Below are positions 15,728 through 23,425 of a DNA stretch of 64,000 nucleotides, one piece after another. The DNA is taken from assembly GCA_964586775.1 (NCBI GenBank), contig CAZPJD010000225.1, positions 464 to 64,463 on the forward strand, read 5' to 3'. The position numbers were made by a program, and so were the translations under genes. The notes under the pieces are model-generated. The model made no database searches and was not told the origin of the DNA. It was given only the letters and a program-made list of their open reading frames with translations. Source of the stretch: an uncultured bacterium. GTDB taxonomy: Bacteria; Lernaellota; Lernaellaia; JACKCT01. Position 1 is the stretch's first letter. Each line of letters starts with the position of its first letter.

Positions 15728-17032
15728 ATGGCGAAAAAATCCGCTCCCGCGAACGGTCGGCGCGTCGCGGTCATCGACGGCGTACGCACGCCGTTTCTGC
15801 GCGCGGGCACCGAGTTCAACGACCTCATGGCCTACGATCTGGGCCGCTACGCGGTCTCGGGGCTGCTGGGCAAGAGCGGCCTCGACCCGAACACCGTCGA
15901 CATGGTGATGATGGGGTGCGTGATCGCCGATCCCGCGACGTCGAACGTCGCGCGCGAGATCGTGCTCGCCACCGATCTGCCCGACCGCGTGCCGGCGTAC
16001 ACGATCAGCGAGGCGTGCATCTCGGCGAATCAGGCGATCTGCAACGCGGTGGATCAGATCGCGCGCGGCTACGGCGACGTGGCGATCGCGGGCGGCACCG
16101 ACATCACGTCGGACGTGCCGATCCGCTACCAAAAGCGCATGCGCCAAAAATTCCTGCGCACGCAAAAGGCCAAGGGCCTGAAGGACTACTACGAGATCTT
16201 CCACGACGTGAAGCCCGCGGATCTCGTGCCCGACCCTCCGGGCATCGCGGACTTTTTCACGGGGCTGTCGATGGGCGGCGCGTGCGACCGCATCTGCGCG
16301 CGGCTCGGCGTCACCCGCGAGGAGCAGGACCAGTTCGCGGCGCGCTCGCACCAGCTCGCGCATCAGGCGGCGGAGTCGGGCCTCTTCGACGACGAGGTCC
16401 TGACCGTCGCGCCGCCGCCGCATTTCAAGCCGGTGACGCGCGACAACGGCGTGCGCGGCGACACCACCTACGAAAAGATGGCGAAGCTGCGGCCCGCCTT
16501 CGACAAGAACTACGGCACGGTGACCGCGGGCAACGCGTCGTTTCTGACCGACGGCGCGGCGGCGGTGCTGCTGATGAGCGAGGAGAAGGCGAAGGACCTG
16601 GGCTACAGGCCCAAGGCGTACATCATCGGCCACGCGTTTCGCGGCACCGATCCGCTCGAGGAGATGCTGCTCGGCCAGACCTACGCCACGCCCATGGCGC
16701 TCGAGCGCGCGGGGATCTCGTTCGAGGATCTGGGCGTGCTCGAGATCCACGAGGCATTCGCCGGGCAGATGGTGGCGACGGTCAAGCTGCTCGAGTCGAA
16801 AGAATTCGGCGAGAGCCTCGGCATGGGCCGCGCGATCGCGAAGAAGGTGAATCCGGACATCCTCAACATCCACGGCGGATCGCTGTCGATCGGGCATCCC
16901 TTCGGCGCGACGGGCGCGCGGCTGATCCACACGTGCGCGAACCGGCTGCAACGCGAAAACAAACGCTACGGGCTCGTGGCCGCGTGCGCCCTGTCGGGCC
17001 TCGGCAACGCCACCGTGCTCGAACGGGCCTGA
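15728..17032 (+). CDS. fadI: 3-ketoacyl-CoA thiolase, FadI-type
   Basis: Active-site context ISEACISANQAI. C-terminal GGSLSIGHPFGATGARL and ACALSGLGNA. Has the FadI-type insertion (QKRMRQKFLRTQKAKGLKDYY...PPGIADFFTGLSMG). Gene order thiolase then multifunctional enzyme matches fadIJ. ATG at 15728 (track alternative 15707). Confidence 0.85.
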   Translation: MAKKSAPANGRRVAVIDGVRTPFLRAGTEFNDLMAYDLGRYAVSGLLGKSGLDPNTVDMVMMGCVIADPATSNVAREIVLATDLPDRVPAYTISEACISANQAICNAVDQIARGYGDVAIAGGTDITSDVPIRYQKRMRQKFLRTQKAKGLKDYYEIFHDVKPADLVPDPPGIADFFTGLSMGGACDRICARLGVTREEQDQFAARSHQLAHQAAESGLFDDEVLTVAPPPHFKPVTRDNGVRGDTTYEKMAKLRPAFDKNYGTVTAGNASFLTDGAAAVLLMSEEKAKDLGYRPKAYIIGHAFRGTDPLEEMLLGQTYATPMALERAGISFEDLGVLEIHEAFAGQMVATVKLLESKEFGESLGMGRAIAKKVNPDILNIHGGSLSIGHPFGATGARLIHTCANRLQRENKRYGLVAACALSGLGNATVLERA

Positions 17033-17044
17033 GGGGGGACGACC

Positions 17045-19249
17045 ATGGTGTCGAAAAACGCGGTCGCTTCGGCGAAAAACGTGCTGAAGAACGTGCTCAC
17101 GATCGAGCGACGCGACGGCGGCGTCGCCCTCGTCTGGTTCGACGATCCCGACGACGTCGTCAACAAGCTCTCGACCAGGGTGCTTGGTGAGTTCAACGCC
17201 GTGATGGACGAGCTGGAGGCCGACGTGGCCGTCAAGGCCGTGGTGTGGATCTCGCGCAAACCCGACTGCTTCATCGCGGGGGCCGACATCGCGGAGATCC
17301 AGACGTTTTCCACCGCGGCCGACGCCGAGCGCATCAGCCGCACCGGCCATGCTGGTTTTGCGCGTATCGAAAAGAGCAAGAAGATTCACATCGCGTGCGT
17401 GTGCGGCGCGGCGCTGGGCGGCGGCACCGAGTTCGCCCTCGCCTGCCACTACCGCATCGCCGCCGATGCGCCGAAGACGATGTTCGGCCTGCCCGAGGTC
17501 AAGCTCGGTCTGTTGCCCGGCGGCGGCCGCACGCAGCGCCTTCCCCACGTGGTTGGCCTCGAGGCCGCGCTCGACCTGATGCTCACCGGCAAAAACGTCT
17601 TCGCGAAAAAGGCGCTCAAGATGCGCCTGGTGCACGAGGTCGTCTCGCCGTGGGGCCTGCCCGAGACGGCGGTCAAGGCTGCGGCGCGCCTCATCAAGGA
17701 CGGCATCCCGACGGGCAAGACCGACCCCGACTGGAAAGAGAAGATCAAGCAGGACGTCGGCCCCGCGCGCAACCTGATCCTCAAGACCGCGCTCGAAATG
17801 GTCGAACGAAAGACGTACGGCAACTACCCCGCGCCGGGGCACATCATCCGCGCGGTGCGCGCCGGGCTCGAAACGCCGGGCGAAAAGGGCTACGCGGCGG
17901 AGGCGAAGCTCTTTTCCGAGCTCGTCGTCACGCCGCAGTCCCGCCAGCTCGTGAACCTGTTCTTCGCGATGACCTCGAAAAAGAAGAGCGCGCTCGCGGC
18001 CAAGGCCGCGCCGGTGCGTCATCTGGGCGTGCTCGGCGCGGGGCTCATGGGCTCGGGCATCGCGCTCGTGTCGTCGGAGCAGGCCGAGACGCCGGTGTGC
18101 GTGAAGGACATCAGCCCCGACGCGCTCGCGGCAAGCCAGAAGTACGTGTTCCGCGCGATGGACGAAAAATTCCGCAAGCGCGCGATCAACCGCCGCGTGC
18201 GCGACCGGGTGGTCGCGCGGGTACACGGCGTGCTCGATTACGACGCCCTCGGCCGCTGCGATCTCGTCGTCGAAGCCGTCTTCGAGGACATCAAGATCAA
18301 GCACCAGGTGCTGCGCGAGGTCGAGGCCGTCACGCGCCGCGACTGCGTCTTCGCGTCGAACACGTCGGCGCTGCCCATCACGCAGATCGCCGCGGCCTCG
18401 AAGCGGCCCGAAAACGTGCTGGGCATGCACTACTTCTCGCCGGTCGAGAAGATGCCGCTGCTCGAGGTGATCCGCACCGAAAGAACGAGCGAGAGGGCGC
18501 TCGCCACCGCCGTCGCCTTCGGCATGAAACAGGGCAAGACGGTGATCGTCGTTCAGGACGGCCCGGGCTTTTACACCACACGCATCCTCGCGCCTTACAT
18601 GAACGAAACGTGCCTGCTGCTCGCCGAGGGCGCGACGATCCCCGATCTCGACCGCGCCATGCTCGCGTGGGGATTCCCCGTCGGGCCCGCGGCGCTCTTC
18701 GACGAGGTGGGCATCGACGTGGCGGCGCACGTGGCGGGGTTTTTGGGCGAGGCGCTGGCCAAAATCCACGGTCCCACGCCGACCAGCGACGGCATGATCA
18801 AGCTCGCCGCCGCCGGATACAAAGGACGCAAGAACAAGAAGGGCTTCTACCGCTACGACGCCGCGCCCGCGTCGCGCCTGCCGCTGGGGCTGGGCAAAAA
18901 GAAGGGCAAGCTGCCGAACGAGGCCGTGTACGCATTCTTCGGCGATCGGCCGCGCAAGACCGTGAGCGCCGCCGAGATTTCGGACCGGCTCGGCCTGGTG
19001 ATGGTGAACGAGGCGGCGTCGTGCCTGCAGGAAAAGGTGATCGAGACGCCGCAGGACGGCGACCTCGGCGCGATCCTGGGCCTCGGGTTCCCGCCGTTTC
19101 GCGGCGGGCCGTTCCGTTATGTTGACGAGCTCGGCGTGGCGAAGGTGGTGGAAAAACTCGAGCGCCTCGCCGACGCGCACGGTGCGCAGTTCGCGCCCGC
19201 GAAGATTCTGGTCGAATACGCCAAGAAGGGGCGGACGTTTTACAAATAA
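17045..19249 (+). CDS. fadJ: Fatty-acid oxidation complex alpha subunit (enoyl-CoA hydratase / 3-hydroxyacyl-CoA dehydrogenase)
   Basis: 734 aa. N-terminal crotonase fold (FIAGADI, GAALGGGTEFALACH), then the Rossmann motif LGVLGAGLMGSGIA of the 3-hydroxyacyl-CoA dehydrogenase domain. Starts 12 nt after fadI. Confidence 0.85.
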   Translation: MVSKNAVASAKNVLKNVLTIERRDGGVALVWFDDPDDVVNKLSTRVLGEFNAVMDELEADVAVKAVVWISRKPDCFIAGADIAEIQTFSTAADAERISRTGHAGFARIEKSKKIHIACVCGAALGGGTEFALACHYRIAADAPKTMFGLPEVKLGLLPGGGRTQRLPHVVGLEAALDLMLTGKNVFAKKALKMRLVHEVVSPWGLPETAVKAAARLIKDGIPTGKTDPDWKEKIKQDVGPARNLILKTALEMVERKTYGNYPAPGHIIRAVRAGLETPGEKGYAAEAKLFSELVVTPQSRQLVNLFFAMTSKKKSALAAKAAPVRHLGVLGAGLMGSGIALVSSEQAETPVCVKDISPDALAASQKYVFRAMDEKFRKRAINRRVRDRVVARVHGVLDYDALGRCDLVVEAVFEDIKIKHQVLREVEAVTRRDCVFASNTSALPITQIAAASKRPENVLGMHYFSPVEKMPLLEVIRTERTSERALATAVAFGMKQGKTVIVVQDGPGFYTTRILAPYMNETCLLLAEGATIPDLDRAMLAWGFPVGPAALFDEVGIDVAAHVAGFLGEALAKIHGPTPTSDGMIKLAAAGYKGRKNKKGFYRYDAAPASRLPLGLGKKKGKLPNEAVYAFFGDRPRKTVSAAEISDRLGLVMVNEAASCLQEKVIETPQDGDLGAILGLGFPPFRGGPFRYVDELGVAKVVEKLERLADAHGAQFAPAKILVEYAKKGRTFYK

Positions 19250-19400
19250 CGCGAACGCACCAGCAAACGCGCTTGCCAACGCGTCCCCGCGTGCGCACCA
19301 TCGGCCCGACGGGAAGCGGGAGCCGGGACTCCCCGCGGGCTGCAAACTCGCCGGGAACGCCGGGCAGGCGTTCCGTTCGGTTCGACTCCGAATCCCGTCT

Positions 19401-19575
19401 GTGCGGAACCCTCGCAGGTCATGTGGCACAGCCGCCCCCGGCGGTGCGGAACCTTTGCGGGTCATGTGGCACAGCCGCCCCCGCGGTGCGGAACCTTTGC
19501 GGGTCATGTGGCACAGCTGCCCCCCGGCTGTGCGGAACTCTTGCGGGTCATTTGGCACAGCCGCCCCCGGCTGTG
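19401..19575 (+). repeat. Tandem REP array, 4 copies, 42-44 bp period
   Basis: Consensus GTGCGGAACCtTtGCgGGTCATGTGGCACAGCCGCCCCCGGC. Copies start at 19401, 19444, 19486 and 19530. Junctions form a GCACAGC(N8-9)GCTGTGC hairpin. Confidence 0.85.
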
Positions 19576-19588
19576 TAAAACTCCGTTC

Positions 19589-20089
19589 ATGTCGCAACGT
19601 GAACCCAAAGCCCGATACCGGAGAAACCTTCCGCACATACAGGCTGCCGGAAAGACATTCTTCATCACGTTTCGAACGCGCCGGGATGTCGAATTGCCCG
19701 GGGACGCTCGCTCGCTGGTGCTTCAGCATTGTCTGTACGATCACGGGCGGCGCTACGAACTGATCGCCGCCGTGGTGATGCCGGATCACGTGCATCTCCT
19801 GCTCACGCCGAGACTCGAAGACGCGCTCGCCCCGTTCAGACTCGCCGCCCTCATGTCGGGAATCAAAGGATCGTCGGCACATTCCGTGAACAAAGCCATG
19901 GGACGACGCGGCCCATTGTGGCAGGACGAATCATTCGACCATGTCCTGCGTTCTGACGAAGATGCGCGTCAGGTCGGGGAATACATTTCGCTCAACCCGG
20001 TGCGCAAGGGGCTCGCCGAAACGCCCGAAGGGTATCCATGGCTTTGGCGGCGGTGGGTGGAGGGAGAAAGAGTCCAGCAGGGGCCATGA
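19589..20089 (+). CDS. REP-associated tyrosine transposase (RAYT; IS200/IS605-like Y1 HUH family)
   Basis: 166 aa. YRRNLPH near the N-terminus, HUH motif MPDHVHLLL, WQDESFDH, and a Tyr helix in GEYISLNPVRKGL. Internal ATG at 19589 of track ORF 19421-20089. Confidence 0.85.
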   Translation: MSQREPKARYRRNLPHIQAAGKTFFITFRTRRDVELPGDARSLVLQHCLYDHGRRYELIAAVVMPDHVHLLLTPRLEDALAPFRLAALMSGIKGSSAHSVNKAMGRRGPLWQDESFDHVLRSDEDARQVGEYISLNPVRKGLAETPEGYPWLWRRWVEGERVQQGP

Positions 20090-20096
20090 GGCAAGA

Positions 20097-20213
20097 GCAC
20101 AGCCGGGGGCGGCTGTGCCACATGTCCCGCTAGGGTCCTTGCCTTTGAATGTGGAACAGGCGCCCTCGCCTGTTCGGCACTCGCACAGCCGGGGGCGACT
20201 GTGCCACATGATC
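20097..20213 (-). repeat. Two inverted REP copies plus an intervening perfect hairpin
   Basis: GCACAGCCGGGGGCGGCTGTGCCACATG (20097-) and GCACAGCCGGGGGCGACTGTGCCACATG (20183-) are reverse complements of the upstream REP core. Hairpin GAACAGGCG-ccct-CGCCTGTTC at 20154-20175. Confidence 0.75.
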
Positions 20214-20220
20214 TTGTTCC

Positions 20221-22560
20221 TCAGATCTCGTACCAGCAGCCGTCGGCGGCGGTCATGAAGGCGTCGTCGTCGCTGTCGAGCTCGCCGGACTGATCGAGGT
20301 CCGCGCCATCGCACCAGCTATTGCCGGCGTCGCACGACGCACCCTCACCGAAGTTCGTCCACGCCGTGTCGAAGTCGGCCTGATCGTCGGCGTCCACATC
20401 GCCGTCGCCGTCGAGGTCGGGCCGCTCGCAACCCAGAACCGCCCACGAGCAGTCGAGCACGGTGGGTTCCATCGCGCAGTTGGGGATCTCGTTCAGATAG
20501 ATCGCCCCGCCGAAGCCCTGGTGCGTGATGTTGGGAATCTCCTCCCAGTCGCCGTCGACGTTGACGACCTCGTAATGATCGCCGTTGCGCTTGATCGGCT
20601 TGTCGGCCTCGGTGGGGAAGCGGTCCCAATAGCGGTCGTAGGTTTCCGGCCGATCGGCGTAGCCGTTCACCTCGGCGAGGATCTGGCTCCACAAATCCGC
20701 GTCGCTCCACAGCGCGCGCGGCGTGCTGTCGCCGCGATTCAGCACGTCCTCGAACACATCCTGATAGCGCTCGGCGCGCACCCAGCCCTGCGGGTCGTAA
20801 TCGGCGTTGCCCACGCCCGCGATGTGCGCGTACTGGGCGACCTTCTGGAGTTCCTCGATCGCCTCGTTCACGTAATTCGATGGCGGCACGGGCTGCGCCT
20901 GCGCCCAGTCGAGCGTGAGCTGCGCGCTGATGCGGTGCAGCTCGGTGATGTGGAAGAGCGCCTCGCGCGCCTCCTGCAGCAGATCGCCCTTGTTGGCGAG
21001 CTGCGCGTAATACACCAGCGCGAAGGCGGCCATCTCGGGCTGGTCGGTCGCGTCGGCGATCTGCATCAGGATGTCGGCCACGCTCGACCCGCCCAGGTTG
21101 ACGGCGATGCGCATGAGGTCTTCGAGCGACTGGCCGAGGATGTTGAGGTTGTAAATGTCGCCCCAGCCGAGGCCGATGTAGGCGTCATCCATGTTTTCGC
21201 AGGTCTTCGTCAGGTTGCCGGGAACCGGGATGCCCAGCGCCTCGAGCAGCATCTTGATCGCGATGATCTCATACGACCCCGGCGTCTCGACGGGCTCCGT
21301 GGGCGAGGTCAGGCCGTCCGCCGACATCGCCTTGGCCATGTACGACATCTGGCAGGAATTCATCGAGCCGAGCCACTCGGGGCCCTCATCCGCGCCGTCG
21401 GGGCGGATTTCGCCGGCGACGATCAGGTGGTCCTCGTCATAGGGCTCGAACTCGCCCACCGTCATCAGGTTGTAGCCCTCGCCGATGGTGCGATCGCCGA
21501 TGCGCTGCCCGGCGGCCCACGCGCGCTCGGCCGAGGCGCGCACGTCGGCGTCGGCGCCGGCGTCGTTCATCGCCTCGAGCGCGGCGAAGTAGCCCACGCC
21601 GAAATCGGGGAAGTTGTCGCGGCTGTTGTGATTGCCCCAGAAGTAGCCCTCGAAGGGCCCGAGCTGGCTGATCATGTACGACGAGCAGCAGTTCGAGATG
21701 CGCAGGTAGTAGGGCATCTCCTCGAAGACGAATGTCACGGCGTAGTCGCCGGGGCGCAGGATCGACTCGATGCGGAAGTAGTGGTCCGTCGGTTCGCCGT
21801 TGATGGCATACACACCATCGGAGAAGAACGCGTTGATGATCTCTTCTTCGAGCGTGGGCGAGTAGTCCTCGGCGGGGTCGATGGGCGCGCCGTCCAGCGT
21901 GCGCGTCACGGTGCCGCCGGGGCCGTCGATGGTGACGGTAAATCCGGTCTGCCACTCGCGGCAGGTGAGACCGTCGATGCCCTGGATTTCCTCGGCGTAG
22001 GCGAGGCCCTCGAACTGGCGGATCGCGGTGAGGGCCAGTTCGCGCGTGCGGAAGATCTTGTAGGCCTGATACGCGTTGAAGGCTGAGAAGCCGATCCAGT
22101 TGTTGTCCACCGGGTGGAGCTGGACTTCGTAGTCGCTGCCGTCCTTGGCGATGTTCGTGTGGCCCAGCGTGTGCGCGGGCACCACGTCGCCGACGAGCAT
22201 GAAGCGGTTGTACGCCTTGAGCGTGCGGCCGATGCGCTCCTTGTAATAGAGCTTGAAGGCGTCGGCCTTCGTGGTCGGATTCACCCACGGATCGAAGGGG
22301 ATGTCGTCGTCGGCGTCGTCGTCCGTCGTATCGTCGTCGGTCGTGTCGTCATCCGAGGTGTCGTCGTCGCCGGTGTCGTCATCCGGCAGCGGGGGGAACG
22401 TGTCGTCGTCGCCCGTGTCGTCGTCCGCGGCGTCGTCATCCGCCGCGTCGTCGTCCGGGGTGATCGTCGTCGGCCCGGAATCGTCGTCGTCATCGCCGCC
22501 GCACCCCGCGACAAACGCCAGAGCCATCACCACCGCCACCGCCCAACCCCACCTGTTCAT
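20221..22560 (-). CDS. Large lipoprotein of unknown function with N-terminal Asp-rich linker and C-terminal EF-hand/dockerin-like Ca-binding loops
   Basis: Start MNRWGWAVAVVMALAFVAGCGGDDDDD, with GGGAG RBS 8 nt upstream of the ATG at 22560. About 70-aa (D3-x)n linker. C-terminal DLDGDGDVDADD and DLDQSGELDSDD. Confidence 0.7.
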   Translation of the reverse strand: MNRWGWAVAVVMALAFVAGCGGDDDDDSGPTTITPDDDAADDDAADDDTGDDDTFPPLPDDDTGDDDTSDDDTTDDDTTDDDADDDIPFDPWVNPTTKADAFKLYYKERIGRTLKAYNRFMLVGDVVPAHTLGHTNIAKDGSDYEVQLHPVDNNWIGFSAFNAYQAYKIFRTRELALTAIRQFEGLAYAEEIQGIDGLTCREWQTGFTVTIDGPGGTVTRTLDGAPIDPAEDYSPTLEEEIINAFFSDGVYAINGEPTDHYFRIESILRPGDYAVTFVFEEMPYYLRISNCCSSYMISQLGPFEGYFWGNHNSRDNFPDFGVGYFAALEAMNDAGADADVRASAERAWAAGQRIGDRTIGEGYNLMTVGEFEPYDEDHLIVAGEIRPDGADEGPEWLGSMNSCQMSYMAKAMSADGLTSPTEPVETPGSYEIIAIKMLLEALGIPVPGNLTKTCENMDDAYIGLGWGDIYNLNILGQSLEDLMRIAVNLGGSSVADILMQIADATDQPEMAAFALVYYAQLANKGDLLQEAREALFHITELHRISAQLTLDWAQAQPVPPSNYVNEAIEELQKVAQYAHIAGVGNADYDPQGWVRAERYQDVFEDVLNRGDSTPRALWSDADLWSQILAEVNGYADRPETYDRYWDRFPTEADKPIKRNGDHYEVVNVDGDWEEIPNITHQGFGGAIYLNEIPNCAMEPTVLDCSWAVLGCERPDLDGDGDVDADDQADFDTAWTNFGEGASCDAGNSWCDGADLDQSGELDSDDDAFMTAADGCWYEI

Positions 22561-22754
22561 CGCATGTCTCCCGGTACCGAGTCCTTGAGGGATCGACATG
22601 CTACCAGAGTCGCGTCCCGCGCCCAAGGGTCGGTCGGCACACGCCCCAATCCGCTCCTAATGTCCCGCACGCCACGAACAAACCGATCGGTTCTGGATAT
22701 TCTTGTCCGGATAGGGCTCAATGACATCCCTTAGTGATTTTCATTACACGTCGA

Positions 22755-22770
22755 TTTGACCTCGGTCAAA
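22755..22770. promoter_or_regulatory. CRP/FNR-family-type palindrome TTTGAC-N4-GTCAAA upstream of nrfH
   Basis: Perfect 6-4-6 inverted repeat in a locally AT-richer segment, centred ~77 nt upstream of the nrfH ATG. A TGaTAAGAG -10-like element lies at 22792-22800. Confidence 0.4.
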
Positions 22771-22839
22771 GACGGATGAACCGCGATTCAGTGATAAGAG
22801 GCCGAACGCCGGGCGAACCGGCGCGCGACGGGGGACGCA

Positions 22840-23343
22840 ATGACGCAAGGCGCGGGCACGGCGGACTCGGGAACGGCAAGAGCGGGACGGGTCACTCCGC
22901 TGATGATCGCCGCGATCGCCGCGGCGCTGACCGTGGGCATGGCGGCGGGGCTCGGCGCGTACACGTTTGTTTATGCCAAGGGCTATTCTTACATGGGCAA
23001 TGATCCGGCGTCGTGCGTGAACTGCCACATCATGAAAGACCAGTACGAGGCATGGGCGCGCAGCAGCCATCACGCGGTCGCGACCTGCAACGATTGCCAC
23101 GCGCCGCACGACCTCGTCGGCAAGTATCGTGTCAAGGCGACGAACGGCTATCACCACTCGCTCGCGTTCACGACCGGCGAATTCGCCGATCCGATCCACA
23201 TCAAGCCCGGCAACCGCGCCGTCACCGAGGCGCAGTGCCGTCACTGCCACGCCGACATCGTCCACGGCATCGACACCACGCCCGAGCCCGGCGAGGAGAT
23301 GTCGTGCGTGCGGTGCCACGCGTCGGTGGGGCATCTGCATTAG
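22840..23343 (+). CDS. nrfH: Cytochrome c nitrite reductase small subunit NrfH (NapC/NirT family tetraheme quinol dehydrogenase)
   Basis: 167 aa. One N-terminal TM helix. Four CxxCH motifs (CVNCH, CNDCH, CRHCH, CVRCH). The first occurs as CxxCHxM, as in NrfH. Confidence 0.9.
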   Translation: MTQGAGTADSGTARAGRVTPLMIAAIAAALTVGMAAGLGAYTFVYAKGYSYMGNDPASCVNCHIMKDQYEAWARSSHHAVATCNDCHAPHDLVGKYRVKATNGYHHSLAFTTGEFADPIHIKPGNRAVTEAQCRHCHADIVHGIDTTPEPGEEMSCVRCHASVGHLH

Positions 23344-23425
23344 GAATTTCGCGCGGCCGTCGTGCGGTCGCGCCGGGTCTTTCGAGATTGGGTCCTGTAC
23401 GGCTAACCGTCCCGGGGAGGTCCTC

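Larger units (their letters stand above)
19401..20213 (+). mobile_element. REP-RAYT unit: RAYT gene flanked by its cognate REP copies
   Basis: Four direct REP copies upstream and two inverted copies downstream of an HUH/Y1 transposase-like gene. See the component features below. Confidence 0.8.

Noticed and set aside
19401-19575. Possible CRISPR array (regular ~43-bp repeats)
   Set aside because: The repeats abut directly with no unique spacers. They match inverted copies on the other side of a RAYT gene, and no cas genes are present. This is a REP array.
19421-19588. N-terminal extension of the RAYT ORF (MWHSRPRRCGTFAGHVAQPPP repeated)
   Set aside because: The repeated peptide is just the in-frame translation of the REP tandem array. 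The conserved RAYT N-terminus (YRRNLPH) follows the ATG at 19589.
15647-19882. 1411-aa minus-strand ORF spanning the fadI-fadJ region and the REP array
   Set aside because: It is antisense to two genes with unambiguous thiolase and hydratase/dehydrogenase motifs. Its translation is Arg/Gly/Ala/His-rich low complexity with no motifs. This is a typical stop-codon-poor shadow frame in high-GC DNA.
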